A DNA stretch of 64,000 nt, taken from the NCBI GenBank assembly GCA_016748015.1, contig JAAOMT010000372.1, positions 682,001 to 746,000 of the forward strand, given 5' to 3'. Positions 51,164-64,000 of this stretch are shown here, in pieces. Below the pieces are notes generated by a model. That model saw only the letters and a program-made list of their open reading frames with translations, had not been told where the DNA came from and searched no databases. Origin of the DNA: Geosiphon pyriformis uo1 (taxonomy: Eukaryota > Fungi > Glomeromycota). The position numbers were made by a program, and so were the translations under genes. Numbering within the stretch: position 1 is the first letter of the stretch; the number at the start of each line of letters is the position of its first letter.

Positions 51164-51317
51164 TTTCACAAAGTTCAGGTATCTTTGGGAAAAAAAAGAG
51201 AAAGCCGTTTAAATAAATCTCGGCCTGAGATTTGACGTCATTGTCCAGTTTAGACTGTCACGCGGGTATTTGATAATGGATGAGCAATTTTTGTCAACAC
51301 TTTTTGAATTATCAACC
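51164..51317. promoter_or_regulatory. Compact bidirectional promoter between SNU71 and HNT1
   Basis: The divergent ATGs are only 154 nt apart. TGACGTCA at 51233-51240 and inverted repeat AAATCTC-N5-GAGATTT at 51215-51233. Confidence 0.65.
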
Positions 51318-52205
51318 ATGTCAAAGTTGCTAACCGATTGTCTTTTTTGCAAAATTATTAAGCGTGAAATTCCTTCACACCGGCTTATAGAAACTGAATA
51401 CAGGTGTGCCTCATAGATACATGTGTCAAAATTCGAATACCGCATAAATAAATTTGTATTGGGTCTTTAGTTACGCCTTCCTCGATATTTTCCCTCTGAG
51501 TAAGGGCCATTCAGTAAGCTTTTTTTTCTTATTAACTCGCTTTTTCATCTTAATAATGCCCCTAACCCGTATATAAAATTTAGCTTGTGATTCCGAAATG
51601 TATGTAGCCCTACAGTCTTTATGTTCGACATAGTGCAATGCTTTTAGTAAGCTCACTTAGGCCATGATCTTTAGACCATGCTGAATTTTTGCATCAACTC
51701 CCTAATGAAAATTTGAGTGACATTCTTCCTGTAACAAAGAGAGTGGCTGATGCCGTCATTGCAGCAACTGGAGAAACCCAGTATAATATTTTGCAGGTAG
51801 ATGCGATAAAATTTTTATTTAATTAAGCTTAATTCTAAATTTTTCATATTTCATTTTGCTATACCATAAGAATAATGGGGAGCGGGCTCATCAGGTATTT
51901 TGATCCCTATTTACTTATCAATTAGAAATTGATTCCATTATTATTCATTATCTTTCTCTTTTTCTAGCTTATAAAACATGTACATTTTCATGTTGTAAGT
52001 TTACAAAGATTTGTGTTTGAGAAATCCGACCATAGTTTTTGATTAATATTGAAACGACCATTTTTTATATTAAAATTAACAGATTCCCAAACCAGTTTCT
52101 GGGGAAACAAGCAATAATATGGGCTTAATTATTGAATGGCCATCATCAAAGGCTTCTGAGGAAGAACTTGTTAATATTGCCAAGAAAATCTCGGAAAAAC
52201 TCTAG
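51318..52205 (+). CDS. HNT1: HIT-family hydrolase Hnt1/HINT; 7 exons, missed by the ORF track
   Basis: Exons 51318-51403, 51471-51513, 51584-51599, 51675-51796, 51871-51894, 51968-51994 and 52083-52205. Peptide DCLFCKIIKREIPS...YAFLDIFPLSKGHSLVIPKYH...YNILQNNGERAHQLIKHVHFHVIPK contains the HxHxH triad. Confidence 0.95.
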
Positions 52206-53732
52206 GATTTCCTATTAAGTAGGATAACTATGGCTAAGGGCTGCTAATTTTGGAAGATAAAGTTCAACTGATTTTTCAGATACGTTGGAGATGCATTAGA
52301 TCAGTCTCTTTCGTTTGAAGAACTTTCTTGATACATATGCATCTGTTTTGACGTATAGCGGCTTGCCAATAAATCAAGTTCAAAGAAATGAAATGTCGAA
52401 TGACTGAGAATCAAAAACTTTCCCATACTACATTTCAATAGAAATAAAATTTTTTCTTTTGAATAAACCACTTTTTTTTTATTCAAATTATGTGATAACA
52501 ATTTAAATTTTTTATCAACTTTTTTAATAATTATTAATAACTGTTTTTAATTATTAAAGTATAATTATATGGTATCCGACGCCGAAAATTAAATAAAAAT
52601 TTTAACAAATTAACATTTATTATTTAAAATTAAAATAATTTTTGTAATGTTAATATAATTTAAGTTTAAAATAACATAATAATGTTTATATAATATTATG
52701 TTAAAATAATTAATTTTAATTAAAAAAAATATTAATAATTAATAATAATAAATAAATAAAAATTTCTTATTATAATATTTTTGTTTGTAAATTTTTATTA
52801 AAAAGTTGTGTAATTTTTCAAAAAATAAAATTATGTATTGATATTAAAAACATATTTATATAAATTATATTTAAATTAAAGCTTTTATTTTGTTTAATTA
52901 TTTATACAACTTTTTTTTTGTTTCTATTTTTAAAAATTAAACCATAAAATTTGTTCATGTATTTTTTATACATAACTAATCATTTGAATTTTTGTTAAAA
53001 AAACATTAAGTAATTACACAAAAAAAAACAAATATATATTATTTAACATATTTTTATTAAAAGCCATATTTTTTAAAAAAAAAATTGGTTTTTTTAAAAC
53101 TTATTTTTATTATGTTTTTTACTATATTAGCAAAAAATTTAATTTAAACTTTTAAAAAAGCCAACTGGATTTTTAAATTACTAATAAATTTGTTTTTATT
53201 AAAAAACAAAAAAATTACTAAAATTACTTAAGTTTTAATAAATTTAATTATTATTTTAACTATAATTAAAAATTAGTTTATATAAACAAAATTTAAAAAA
53301 AAACTTATCTTAAATTAACAACAATAAAAAAAGCAATATAAACAAAAATTAAAAAACAAAAACTTTAACATAAAACATAAAATTGGCAATTAAAAAACAA
53401 ATATTTTAAATATAAAAATAGACTTAAAAAAAATTTCAAAAAAAATCAAAAAAATAAATTTTATAATTAATAATTAAAATTAAAAATTTGGTAAGTAAAT
53501 ATATTTAAAATACTTTTTTTTATTGCTTTAACAAAATATAGTTTAATTGCTAATTATACAAACTTTAAATAACCATAATTTATGCTTTTTTTATATATAA
53601 TTACTTATTTTTTTATTTACAATTTAATAATTTAATATTGGTGTTTTTTTGGTATTATATATTTTTACTAATTATTACTCAAATAATCATAGTTAATATA
53701 ATATAAATCTAATTAGAATAATATAATACAAT

Positions 53733-56700
53733 TGTATATATTATAAGTTAAAATAAGATTTAAATTGATTTAAAATTAATTCAAGTTAATTTAAAATTTT
53801 ATTTTAACTTGAGTTAATTTAGAATTTTCAATTTAATACTATATTGATTTCGAATTAACATAACTAATTATATTCTTTATATTATTCATTAATAAAAAAT
53901 TTTTTTTATTAATTAAATAATTAATATTTAATATGTTTTTAATTATTGTTATATATATAATATTAGCATTTATTTATTGTAATTTTGGCACTATTTTTTT
54001 GATTTTTACAACTATTATTACTACTATTATAATATTGTATATTATATAAAACCTCAGCTTTTTTATAATTACAATGATTAGTTTTATAACTTTTTTTATA
54101 ATTGCATTGATAATCTGTTATTTTCCTTTAACTTTAATATAAAACTGCTTCATATAAAAAATAAAAATATTTGGTATTTTTTACAATTCTAAAAAATTAA
54201 TAATCTTAGTAGACATTAATTCTGTCATATAATAAAAATTATTCAATATTTTTAATTTGTATTTCAATCTGTATAGTCTGTTATTAATAATTCTAATTAT
54301 TTTATATATAAAAAGCTTTCTATTTATACCTAAATAATCAATCTTTAAAATTTTAATTTACATGAAATTTCCAATTTTATAAGATATTTTTTGCTTTGTA
54401 TTTTTTTTTGCTTTTTTTGGTATTATTAAGATATTGGTTTTAGACAATTTAATATATTTTATAATAATTAGTAAGTAAGTTAACAATATTATATAGCATA
54501 TTATTTTGGTTATTATTATTTTATTAAAAAAATTAATATAAAATAAATATGAAAAAGGCAAAAAAACAAAAATATTATCTTGTTACTTAAAATTATAACT
54601 GAAAAAATTTGGAAATTATTAAAATAAAACTTAGTACTTTCTAAAAAACTGTTAATTTTTTTTATTTATTGTTTAATAACATTTTTTTTAATTTTTTTTT
54701 AATAGTATTTACTATTTAATATTACTATTGCTTTTTTAATTATTGTTTTTACTAATTTATATACTGTTATTAGTTATTTAATTATTACTATTGAATATTT
54801 TACAATAATAATTGCTGATTATTTTGTTGAATATTTTGATATTAATGCTGCTGTTTTTGCTGATCAACTTGCTAATGCTTTTGCTAATTATTTTAATATT
54901 GCTATTATTAGTTATTTTGTTATGATTCTTGGTTAACTTGTTATTATATTTATTGGTTATTTTGCTGCTGTCTTTGCTAGTTATTTTGTTATGATTTTTA
55001 GTTAATTTGTTGATGTTTTTGCTAATTATTTTGCTATTGCTGTTGCTAATTATCTTATTACTGTCTTTATTGGTTATCTTGTTGTGGCTTTTGGTTAACT
55101 TGTTAATGTTTTTGTTGGTTATCTTATTATTGCTGTTGTTAGTTATCTTGTTATAATTTCTGGTCAATTTGTTGTTGTCTTTACTGATTATTTTGTTGCT
55201 GTTTTTGTTAATTATTTTGTTGCAGGTTTTAATTAATTTGCTAATATCTTTGTTAATTATCTTGCTATTGCTGTTGCCTTTGCTGGTTATCTTGTTATGA
55301 CTTTTGGTTAATTTGTTAATGTCTTTGCTAGTCATTTTGCTATTGCTGTTGTTGGTTATCTTGTCACTGCTATTGCTGGTTATTTTGTTGTAGTTTTTAG
55401 TCAACTTTTTAATGTTTTTGCTAATCATTTTGCTATTGCTGTTGCTGATTATCTTGTTACAGTTTCTGGTTATTTTGTTATTGTTTTTGCTAATTATTTT
55501 GTTGTTATTGTTACTAATTATTTTGCCATTACTGGTTATTTTGTTTTTGGTCACTTTATTATTACTATTATTACTGTTGATTATCTTGTTACTAATGTTT
55601 ATTTACTTGTTGTTTATTGTTACTTTTTATTTTTTATTAAATTTGTAATTGTGTTTTTTCATAAAATAATTTTATATCTAAGTCTATAAAAAGGTTTTTT
55701 TCTTAAGTAATTGATTATTTAAAAAAACTCAAAAATAAAATAATTTATGTGAATTTTTTTTCAAATATTATTTTATATAAGGAAAAGCTAGTAATAATAA
55801 AAACTTCTGTGTTTATTGTATTTAAGTATAAAAATAAATTAGTAATTATTTAAATAAGTTAAATAATATAAAAAATATATTTATATATATTATTTAATAA
55901 AGTCTATATAACTAATTATTTTTATTTTTATTTTTTATTTATTTTATAAGCTTTTATTGAAATATATTATTAACTTGTTTAATTAAATTTTAAGATTAAA
56001 AATGTCTTGAATATTTATTTATAATATTAATTTTCTAATTATATTTGCTATAAACTTTTTTCTATTATAGTTAAAGATCCAAATATAGTAAAAAGTTCAA
56101 AAAATAACTTGCTACTTTTTTTGATTTTTTAGAAAAAAAAGCATAACAAATATATTTATAAGAATTATCTGGCTGATTGTACATATTAACTAAGTTTACT
56201 TGTAAATAATACATAAAAATTTTTGCTAAAATTGGCTTTGTAGCTATTAATTAAACCAATAATTATTGTGTAATATACTTAAAACAATGTATATAAAACT
56301 GTTTTATTAAATTTAATATTTTTTATTTAAATAAATAACTTTAAATTAATATTACTTACTTACTGTTTCATCATTTTATCATGTTTAATTTCTAAATAAA
56401 ATTCACAAAACTTTTTATATAGCTTTTTTTTAGACATACTGGTTTTTTTATTTTTTTGTAATAAAGTATATACTGGTTTTTAACTAAGTTAATATAAAAA
56501 GTGATTTATATCTAATACTTCAATTTAGCATCGATATTTTCTGTATTTTTATTGTTTTTTAATATCTTAATACATTAGTTTATATAATCTTGAGAATGTA
56601 AAGTTTTAACCCATTTTTTTTATTTCTGATTAATAAATATTCTTCAAAAAGCTCAGAAAATGTTTTTCGAATAAGTCATTTATGATTAATAAGATGTTAA

Positions 56701-56920
56701 GAGATCATATTATATACAGTATAACAATAACTAAAAATATATTAAATATTAATTATTTAATTGATAAAAGAATTTTTTTTATTGATGAATATCATAAAAA
56801 ATATGATTGGTTATGTTAATTCGGAATCAACACAGTGTTAAATTGAGGATTTTAAACTAACTTAAATTGGAATAGAATCCCAAATCAACTCAAATCCTGT
56901 TCTAATTCATGATATACACA
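53733..56920. repeat. Pair of ~210-230-bp inverted repeats (53733-53960 and 56709-56920): a TIR element or two opposed MITE-like copies
   Basis: For example ATATTGATTTCGAATTAACATAAC (53841) versus GTTATGTTAATTCGGAATCAACAC (56810). Outer ends TGT...ACA are flanked by AT. Confidence 0.7.
54780..55600 (-). repeat. Eroded ~24-bp-unit tandem repeat (higher-order ~72 bp), probably once a coding Gln/Asp-rich repeat
   Basis: Units such as TTGGTTATCTTGTTGCTG recur throughout. The 258-aa N/K/I ORF is an alternative-frame by-product. Confidence 0.7.
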
Positions 56921-57049
56921 ATCATTGAACAATTGCCTATTGCTGTATAACCACAAATTATGTAGTTTTAAGCTTATAAAATAACAATTTTCATATCCAA
57001 CATTAAATAATTCAATAAAATAATAATAAATATCGAAATAATAAATTTC

Positions 57050-57800
57050 CTTTGCTTAAAAACATTATTATTTGATTTCAATTATTGACTAACCCCCAAA
57101 GTCCGGAAGTAATGACAATTCTGGTTAGATTAATATTCAAAATATTCTAAATTAAACAATTGAACAATTAGTCCACTAAAACTATTATTTTCAGATTGGC
57201 AATTAACCATTATAATTACTACGACTATATAATTTAAATGTTTTTAGAGTTTTTTGAATAAGAACACAAACACGAAAAAAAGGTCAGAAACAATTACACA
57301 ACAATGTAATTTATTCATATGTTATATCAATTGTTCGAAGTTGTTATCAAAATTTGTGGGTTAAAATGCCAAGAGATCCTCCATTTTGGCTAGAAAACCG
57401 ATTTGACGAAACTCACACATACATTTATTTAAATGCTGAAGAGTGACCCAAAATTATTTTGCGGCTTTCCCAGATTTTCTGGTTTTTTTGACAAAGATTT
57501 TAAGAGTAGAAAATACTTTCTTTCTTGCCATGAAGCAATTCGAAGGAGCATATACCACTCGAGTGCCATTTATGACCGAAATAGTTTTGAGAGGCATTTT
57601 TCTGCTAATTGAACGATTTGACCTAGGATTAAAACAATTTTTAAATTTCCAAATTCTCGAAAATTATTATTATGATAAAACAAAGCTTCGACAAAATCCA
57701 AATTTATCCGTTAGATAGAACAAACGCTGATGATTGTGCGTTCAATGCTGCTATTCTCATATTTCAATAGAACCAAGAAATCAATTATCTTAGGCACATC
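57050..57800. other. CpG-retaining unique island with short ORFs (57366-57446, 57443-57718), function unknown
   Basis: Many CG dinucleotides, unlike the flanking eroded DNA. No recognisable domain. Confidence 0.4.
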
Positions 57801-59026
57801 TAATATATTTTGGGAAAATAAAGTATTAACTGAATAAATTTGATAAATGTCAACTACTACATAAAAACTTTGGATAATAATTAGTAAAAAGAACTATTGT
57901 TTAATCAAGCTATTTAAAATTAAATTTTTTTTTAAAAGTGATTCTTTATTTATTTAAATTTTTTTAATTTTCATATTTTAATTTTAATTTCAGTTTTTAA
58001 TTAATAATAATAACATATTTGTAAACTTTTTTCCAAAATTTCCCAAAAAAAAATATATTTTTGAAAAAAGGTTTTTGTTTTTTTGTCTTATAGTTTTTCA
58101 ATATTTTACAAAATACCAACACTATTTGTTTAGAAACTTGTAACTGTCACTAAAGATAATATGACCAAAAAAAAGTTAATAAAAAGAGTTATTATTATTC
58201 AGCAAAATCATGAATTTAGAAATCTTCTTAATAACAACAATAATTCTATATTATTATATATACAATTATAGATTATAATATATACATAAGTTTATAAACT
58301 ATTTTAATATTTGAAAAGAGTAAAAAAGCTGTAAAATAAAATATTTAAAATAAAAAAATTATTGTTATTGTTGTTTGTTTTTGAACAAAAACTGGCTTAA
58401 TATAAGTTTTATAAAAAAAAATAATTAAATTTTATTAAAAACACAAAAAACACAATTAGCAAAAAACCAAAACTAGATTATTAAGTTAAACCAGAATTTT
58501 TTTAATTGTTATTAAGAATATATAGTGTTTAAAAATCCAAATTTAAAAATAAAAAATTATTTAAAAAGTTTATAAAAATAAAACGTAAATAAAATAATTT
58601 ATTAATTTAATATTATTATATATTTAATATTATAATAAAAACAAAGTCAAAAAATAAATAAATTATTTTTGGTTAAAAAACATAATATAAAATATTAATA
58701 ATATATATTTAAAAGAATATAAGTAATAAAAAAACTTAAAATATTAATAATAAATTAATAAAAAAACTTGTATTATTAATTATAACTTTTTTATAAATAA
58801 TATAATTAGATATATTATTATTTAGTTAAAAATTTAAGCAAAATTTATTATGTTATTTTAATGTTTAATAAAATAAACATAAAAATTATAAATATTTTAA
58901 TTATACAGAATTAAAATATAATTTTTAAAAAATCTGCTTAGAAAATTTGTTAAACATGTTTTGTTAATAATTAATAATAATAAAATCTTAAATTTAAATA
59001 GCTTTATTAAATTATATATTTAGTAT

Positions 59027-62000
59027 TGTTACGGATTGAAGTAACAAGCTAATGGATAGCAAAAGAGAACAAAATTGTAGAATAATGAAAGGAATCAAAG
59101 AGAATTTAATTTCAAAGAGTGAATTAAATAAGTATGAATTCAATATACAAAATTAGTCTTATAAAATATTTCAATTGCTATACTTTTCAAAGGATAATTA
59201 GAGAATTTGAAGGTAAAGAGATAGTCTGTACTGTTAACAAATAATCACACATTCATATAATTCTATGCCTTATATTGGTGTTTTTAGAATTCAATATCAG
59301 GTATTAGATATACTCTTCAATCACATTTTATTCAATAATCTTCAAATACTACAATTATATGAGTTAAAAAAAGGGTAAAAAATAACCAACAAGTAATTTT
59401 TTATTCCAAAATATTCAGATACTTGAAGGTAGAGAAAGAGAAATTAGTGATAAGAGAAGAATTAAGATAAAGTTGTTATTTTATTTTTTTTATTTTTTTA
59501 TTTTTTTATGCTTTTCATGCTTTTCTACAGCTAAAAGATTCATTGCTTATATAGCTATTAAAAGTGGTCAATGATTAGGTCAACAATTAGGTTAATGATC
59601 AGGTCAATAATTAGGTTAATAATTACTATCTAAAAATAGAATGGCTAATTATATGACATCAGTGGCTAATATATATAATAATTAATAAAAAGTATAGATT
59701 TCAATTATAATATCATCCTCTCCAAAGAAATTGAGCTCTGGTAAAATCAAGCTATTTATGATGTAATCTATTTGAAGAGTTTTATCTAACTCAAAGCTAA
59801 CTAGTTTGGTGAAATCTTTTGTGAATAGAATATATAATACTTAAGGTGAAATAAGTTTTGTATCTAAGAGATCAAATCTTTGTATTAGAATTTTGGCTTT
59901 TTAAGTAATAGTTAAAACTCTTGGAACATTTAATCATATAATGCCCAAAATTTCTGCCTGTATTTTTGAAGTTGTTTTCTTTATGAATTTTATATTCTCT
60001 ATAATTTCTCTAAGATAACCATAGAATTCTAATTGTTTTCTATATGACAAATTTTTGTTTATGGGTAAGATTTCTTGAATTGTATTTTCAATTGTGCTAA
60101 AAGATGAGAATATAGCTGCTGTTATACTTTTTAACAAATATTTATTTATTTTGCTACCAATTTTTTTTCTTCTGGTAGTGGTTTTTTTTGGTCTAATAAT
60201 AATATGTATTCTACTGTTATCAGTTATGATGGTTTGTTTTCCAATGGTCAGAGTAGCATTTAGATAGTTTTTGATTCAATACTTATGAAGAGTATAGAAA
60301 ACATTTTGAATGTTTTGATCCAGAAAATAATTGTTTATGTCAATTAAAGATACCTCTGTTTTAGGAATGATATATTTATTTATACTTAATTTTTGCTGAT
60401 CATTTGGGTTAGTATTATCATAACAGACAACCAATCAAGTCGTTTATGATATTTTTTAAGTCATGTATCATAAACAGAATAATTATTAAAGATTGTTCTG
60501 GATTGATCTTAAAGAATATAAGAACCATTGTTCAAAACTTTGTTGATTATAAAGGGTCTTTTTTACTGGCTAAAGAATTTATCATCATAAACATTATCTC
60601 TATCTAAATGGTATTTTAATACCAAGTCACCAATATTTAAAGAAAGTGTTTTATAAGTTTTTTTTTCTTAAGCTTTTTTTAGAACTGTTTTATCTTTTCA
60701 AAAGCAATTATTTATGCTTTTACTAAGGAGTCAAGAATGGTACCAAATCTTTTTTGCAAAATGTCTTTGTAATTTCTTATTGTAATCTCTTCAAAGAATA
60801 TTGTTTCAATGTCAGTTTTTATTGGTAGTATTGCCATGTATTCATAAAGCAGATAAAAAGGTTTATAACTTGTTATGTTATAATTCACAGTTCTATAAGC
60901 AAACAAAGCTGAAGGCAGTACTTTGTTCTATAAGTTTGTTTTTTTACTGGTTTTGGCTAAGATTTTACATAGTGTTTTATTAAAATATTTTACTAAGCCA
61001 TTTGTTTAAAAGTGATAAAGAGAAGAAAATTTATGATGTATTTCCATTTTTTTATAAAGTTTTTCAACCAGTGTATTAAAAAAAGCTCTTCCTCTATCAG
61101 ATAAAAGTTCTTTGGAACAGTTATGATAGCAGATAATATCTTTATAAATAAAATTGGTTATTAAGACTGCTGTTTGATCTGAAGTGGCTCTTGCTTCTAC
61201 TCACTTTGTAAGATAGTCAATGACTATAATAATGTATCTGTTGCCATCAGGAGTTATTGTTAAAGGTCTAACAACATCTATACCAATTCTGTTAAATGCT
61301 TAATCAACAGAGATTAGATGAATATCTTTTTTATAATTGGGTTTGTCTTTTCTTTGACAGATGTCACAGGTTTTAATGTATTTAGTAATGTCTTTTCCCA
61401 AGATAAACTAATAATAGTAAGCTAAAGTTTTCTGAATTGTTTTTGTTTTTCCAAAGTATCTAGCTAATGAGTTAGTGTGCATGTTGTATATTATAATTTC
61501 TCTTTCTTCAAATCTGATGACTCTTTGAAGATAGTCAGGATCTTTTTTGTTTCTTTTATATAATTGGTTTTGGCAGATCAAATAGAAATTTGATTGTTTG
61601 CACAAATGTTTTTTTTGCTGTTAAGTGTATTCTAATGGATATTGTTCTTTACCCAAAAATTTTATTAAGGCAGAGTAGTTGTTCAAATCCATTATCGTGT
61701 TTGTTAAAAGAGAAGTTACTAATAATTAAGATGAGTTGGTTTAAAAAGCTTGTATTGTTACTGGATGGTAAGTTTAAAGAAAATATTAGTGTTTTGATGA
61801 TTTGCTCTTTTGTGATGTTGAATATTATAATCGAATTCATCCAAATGGAGTATTTAGCAAGTTATTTATTTGTGTTCCAGCTTCTTTTTATTGTACAGCC
61901 AAACCAAAACTTAATGATCTGTTACCATTAAGAATTTTATACCAAGAAGATATTAATTCCAGTAACTAGTAGTCCAAACTACTGCTAAATATTCTTGTTT

Positions 62001-64000
62001 AGTTACTGAATAGTTCTTTTTTGCTGGTGTAAGAGATCTACTGGCATATGTTATAGCATATTTTTTGTTATTTTCATTTTTTTGTGAGAGAACAGCACCA
62101 AGTTTATAGCCAAATACATTAGTGTGGAGGATAAAAGATTGGTCCAGATCAGATTGCTTAAGAATTGGTTCAGTAACAAGTTTTTCCTTCAGAATTTCAA
62201 AAGCTTTTTGTTAATAAGTGCTCTAGTGATAATTAACATTTTTTTTAAGTAGTTAATTAAGAGAAAAAGTAATTTTGGAGAAATCCTTGATAAATTTGCA
62301 ATAGTAAGAAGTCAAACCAAGAAAATAACATAGTTTAGAAACATTTATTGGTTGTCTAATGTTCTGGACTTTTTTAACCTTAGCTGGATCAGAAAAAATT
62401 CTATCTTTTGTAATAAAACGACCAAGAAACTGGGTGGATTGATGTCCAAAGAAAAATTTAATTGGGTTTATTTTGAGACCAGTATTTCTAAGCAGGTCAA
62501 AAACTTTTTGCAAGTGTTTAAAATGTTTATTCCAGGTTTTTGAGTATATTATTATGTCATCTAAGTAGACCAAAACAAAGTTTTCTTTTACTAATTTAAA
62601 CACTTTGTCCATTAAACATTGAAAAGTGAAAAGAGCATTAGTAAGACCAAAAGACATAACTGTGAATTTGTAGGTGCCATACTTGGTAATAAAAGCAGTT
62701 TTCTTTCTGCTTTCTGAATTCATCTCTACTTGTCAGAATGTAGCAGTTAAGTCAATAATTGAGAAAAAAGCAGCACTATTGAATTTATCTAGTATTGTAT
62801 CAATTTTGAGAAGTAAGTATATGTCTCTTATAGTGATAATATTTAATTGGCAGTAGTCAACACAAAAACATAGAATTCTACTTTTCTTGAATACCACTAC
62901 AACTGGAAAAGCCCATTTACTCTTGGTTTTTTGTATGAATCCAAGATCTTTTATTCAATTTATTTCTTTTTTAATAAACTCATTATTGTGTTAATTGGAT
63001 TAATAAAGCTTCAAATAGATGGAATAAGTTTCTTTAGTGGTGATAATATGTTGTATCACATGGGTTTGTCCAGAGGTGTCATCTTTTTTGAGATAACTGG
63101 GCTATTTCTAGCCAACAGATTTTTAATGTCTATTTTTTTTTCTTTAGAAGAGGGTTTTCTTTGGTCTACTGCAAGTGATTAGATTTTAAGTGGTTTATTT
63201 TCAAAGAACTTTTGTACTTCTTTTAGTTCTTCTTTGGATATCAAACTAATTGGCTCCCAATCTTTGTAATAGATTAAGCAGGACTTGCATTCATCACTAG
63301 AAGAATACAAAAGTTTATTGTACTAGCATTTGGCACAAAAACCATGCCACTAATAGCTGTATTTGGTTTTTTTGCCAGGTTTTCTATCAAAGATTCTTCT
63401 GAGAATATCATAGTAAAGCCAACAGATTAGCTTGTTATTTATTATAATTCTTTTTTTGTCAACTTTAATATTGTTTAGTGGCTTGTTATTGTTGATGAAA
63501 ATAGTATAGACAAGTTTAACAGTTTCTTCTTGTTCTTTTTGATCTTTTTTTTTATCACTCTCATTATTATCTGATTTATCTGATTGTTTTTTTTCTTGGT
63601 TTTGCTTGGATACTGGAGAAGTTGTTTAATAACAGCACTTAATCACAATGGGCTTCTTATCACATCTGATGGTTGGTTTACAAAGTTTATAGTTAAGTAG
63701 TGCTTTGGCTTTTTTAAACCACTTATTACCAACAATAATAGTGTATTCTTTTGCTTTAGATATTTCCATATAAGTTTTAATGCTAATACTATTGATGCAG
63801 ACAGAAACAGTTTTGGCTATGTCTAGGTTTTTCTTTTTGTTACCATGTATATTGGTTATAGACTGAATGAAAGATTCATCAATTTTTCTTTCAATGGCTT
63901 CCAAAAAGTGTTTGGCAATTACATTAACAGATGATCTACTGTCTAGGATCAAATTAATAAAATAACCAGCCACTTGGGCTTTGCAAATCAGAGAAATAAC
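59027..64000 (-). mobile_element. Ty3/Gypsy family B copy 2 (5' part outside the window): PR, RT, RH, separate IN, ORF3, PPT, 3' LTR
   Basis: Protease LILDSRSSVNVI, RT MSFGLTNA..FQ and VYLDDII, IN from ATG 61692, ORF3 remnant including ORF 59934-60137, PPT GGAGAGGATGA, and LTR 59027-59712. Confidence 0.92.

Noticed and set aside
54778-55554. 258-aa N/K/I-rich ORF as a real protein
   Set aside because: It is a stop-free frame of an eroded tandem repeat, with composition dictated by AT drift.
57425-57446. T TTA AAT slippery site joining the two short ORFs by -1 frameshift
   Set aside because: The -1 frame hits TGA at 57437 before reaching the second ORF.

Overview
Eukaryotic, intron-rich, very AT-rich DNA. 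The host genes (Snu71/RBM25, Hnt1, Nudix, NELF-B, short introns) and the transposon content look like an early-diverging fungus of Mucoromycota/Glomeromycotina type; this is inference, not proof. Four host genes sit in CpG-retaining islands: a NELF-B/COBRA1-like gene (<1-1616, -), a YJR142W-like Nudix hydrolase (46794-48063, +), RBM25/SNU71 (48193-51163, -) and HNT1 (51318-52205, +). Most of the rest is a deeply nested graveyard of retrotransposons eroded by C>T/G>A transitions. It contains APE-RT-RNaseH LINEs, two LINE-derived elements encoding ORF1 only, Ty3/Gypsy elements of at least three families, and five solo LTRs. Every LTR insertion with both ends visible has a 4-bp TSD. Main highlights: (1) The Gypsy elements share an unusual layout of gag-pol(PR-RT-RH), a separately initiated integrase ORF, and a conserved extra ORF3 in the env position that runs through the PPT into the 3' LTR. 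(2) The ORF1-only, HAL1-like non-autonomous LINEs share a 3' UTR motif with the autonomous LINEs. (3) A fungal NELF-B homologue is present. All alignments were done by eye and no database searches were run.
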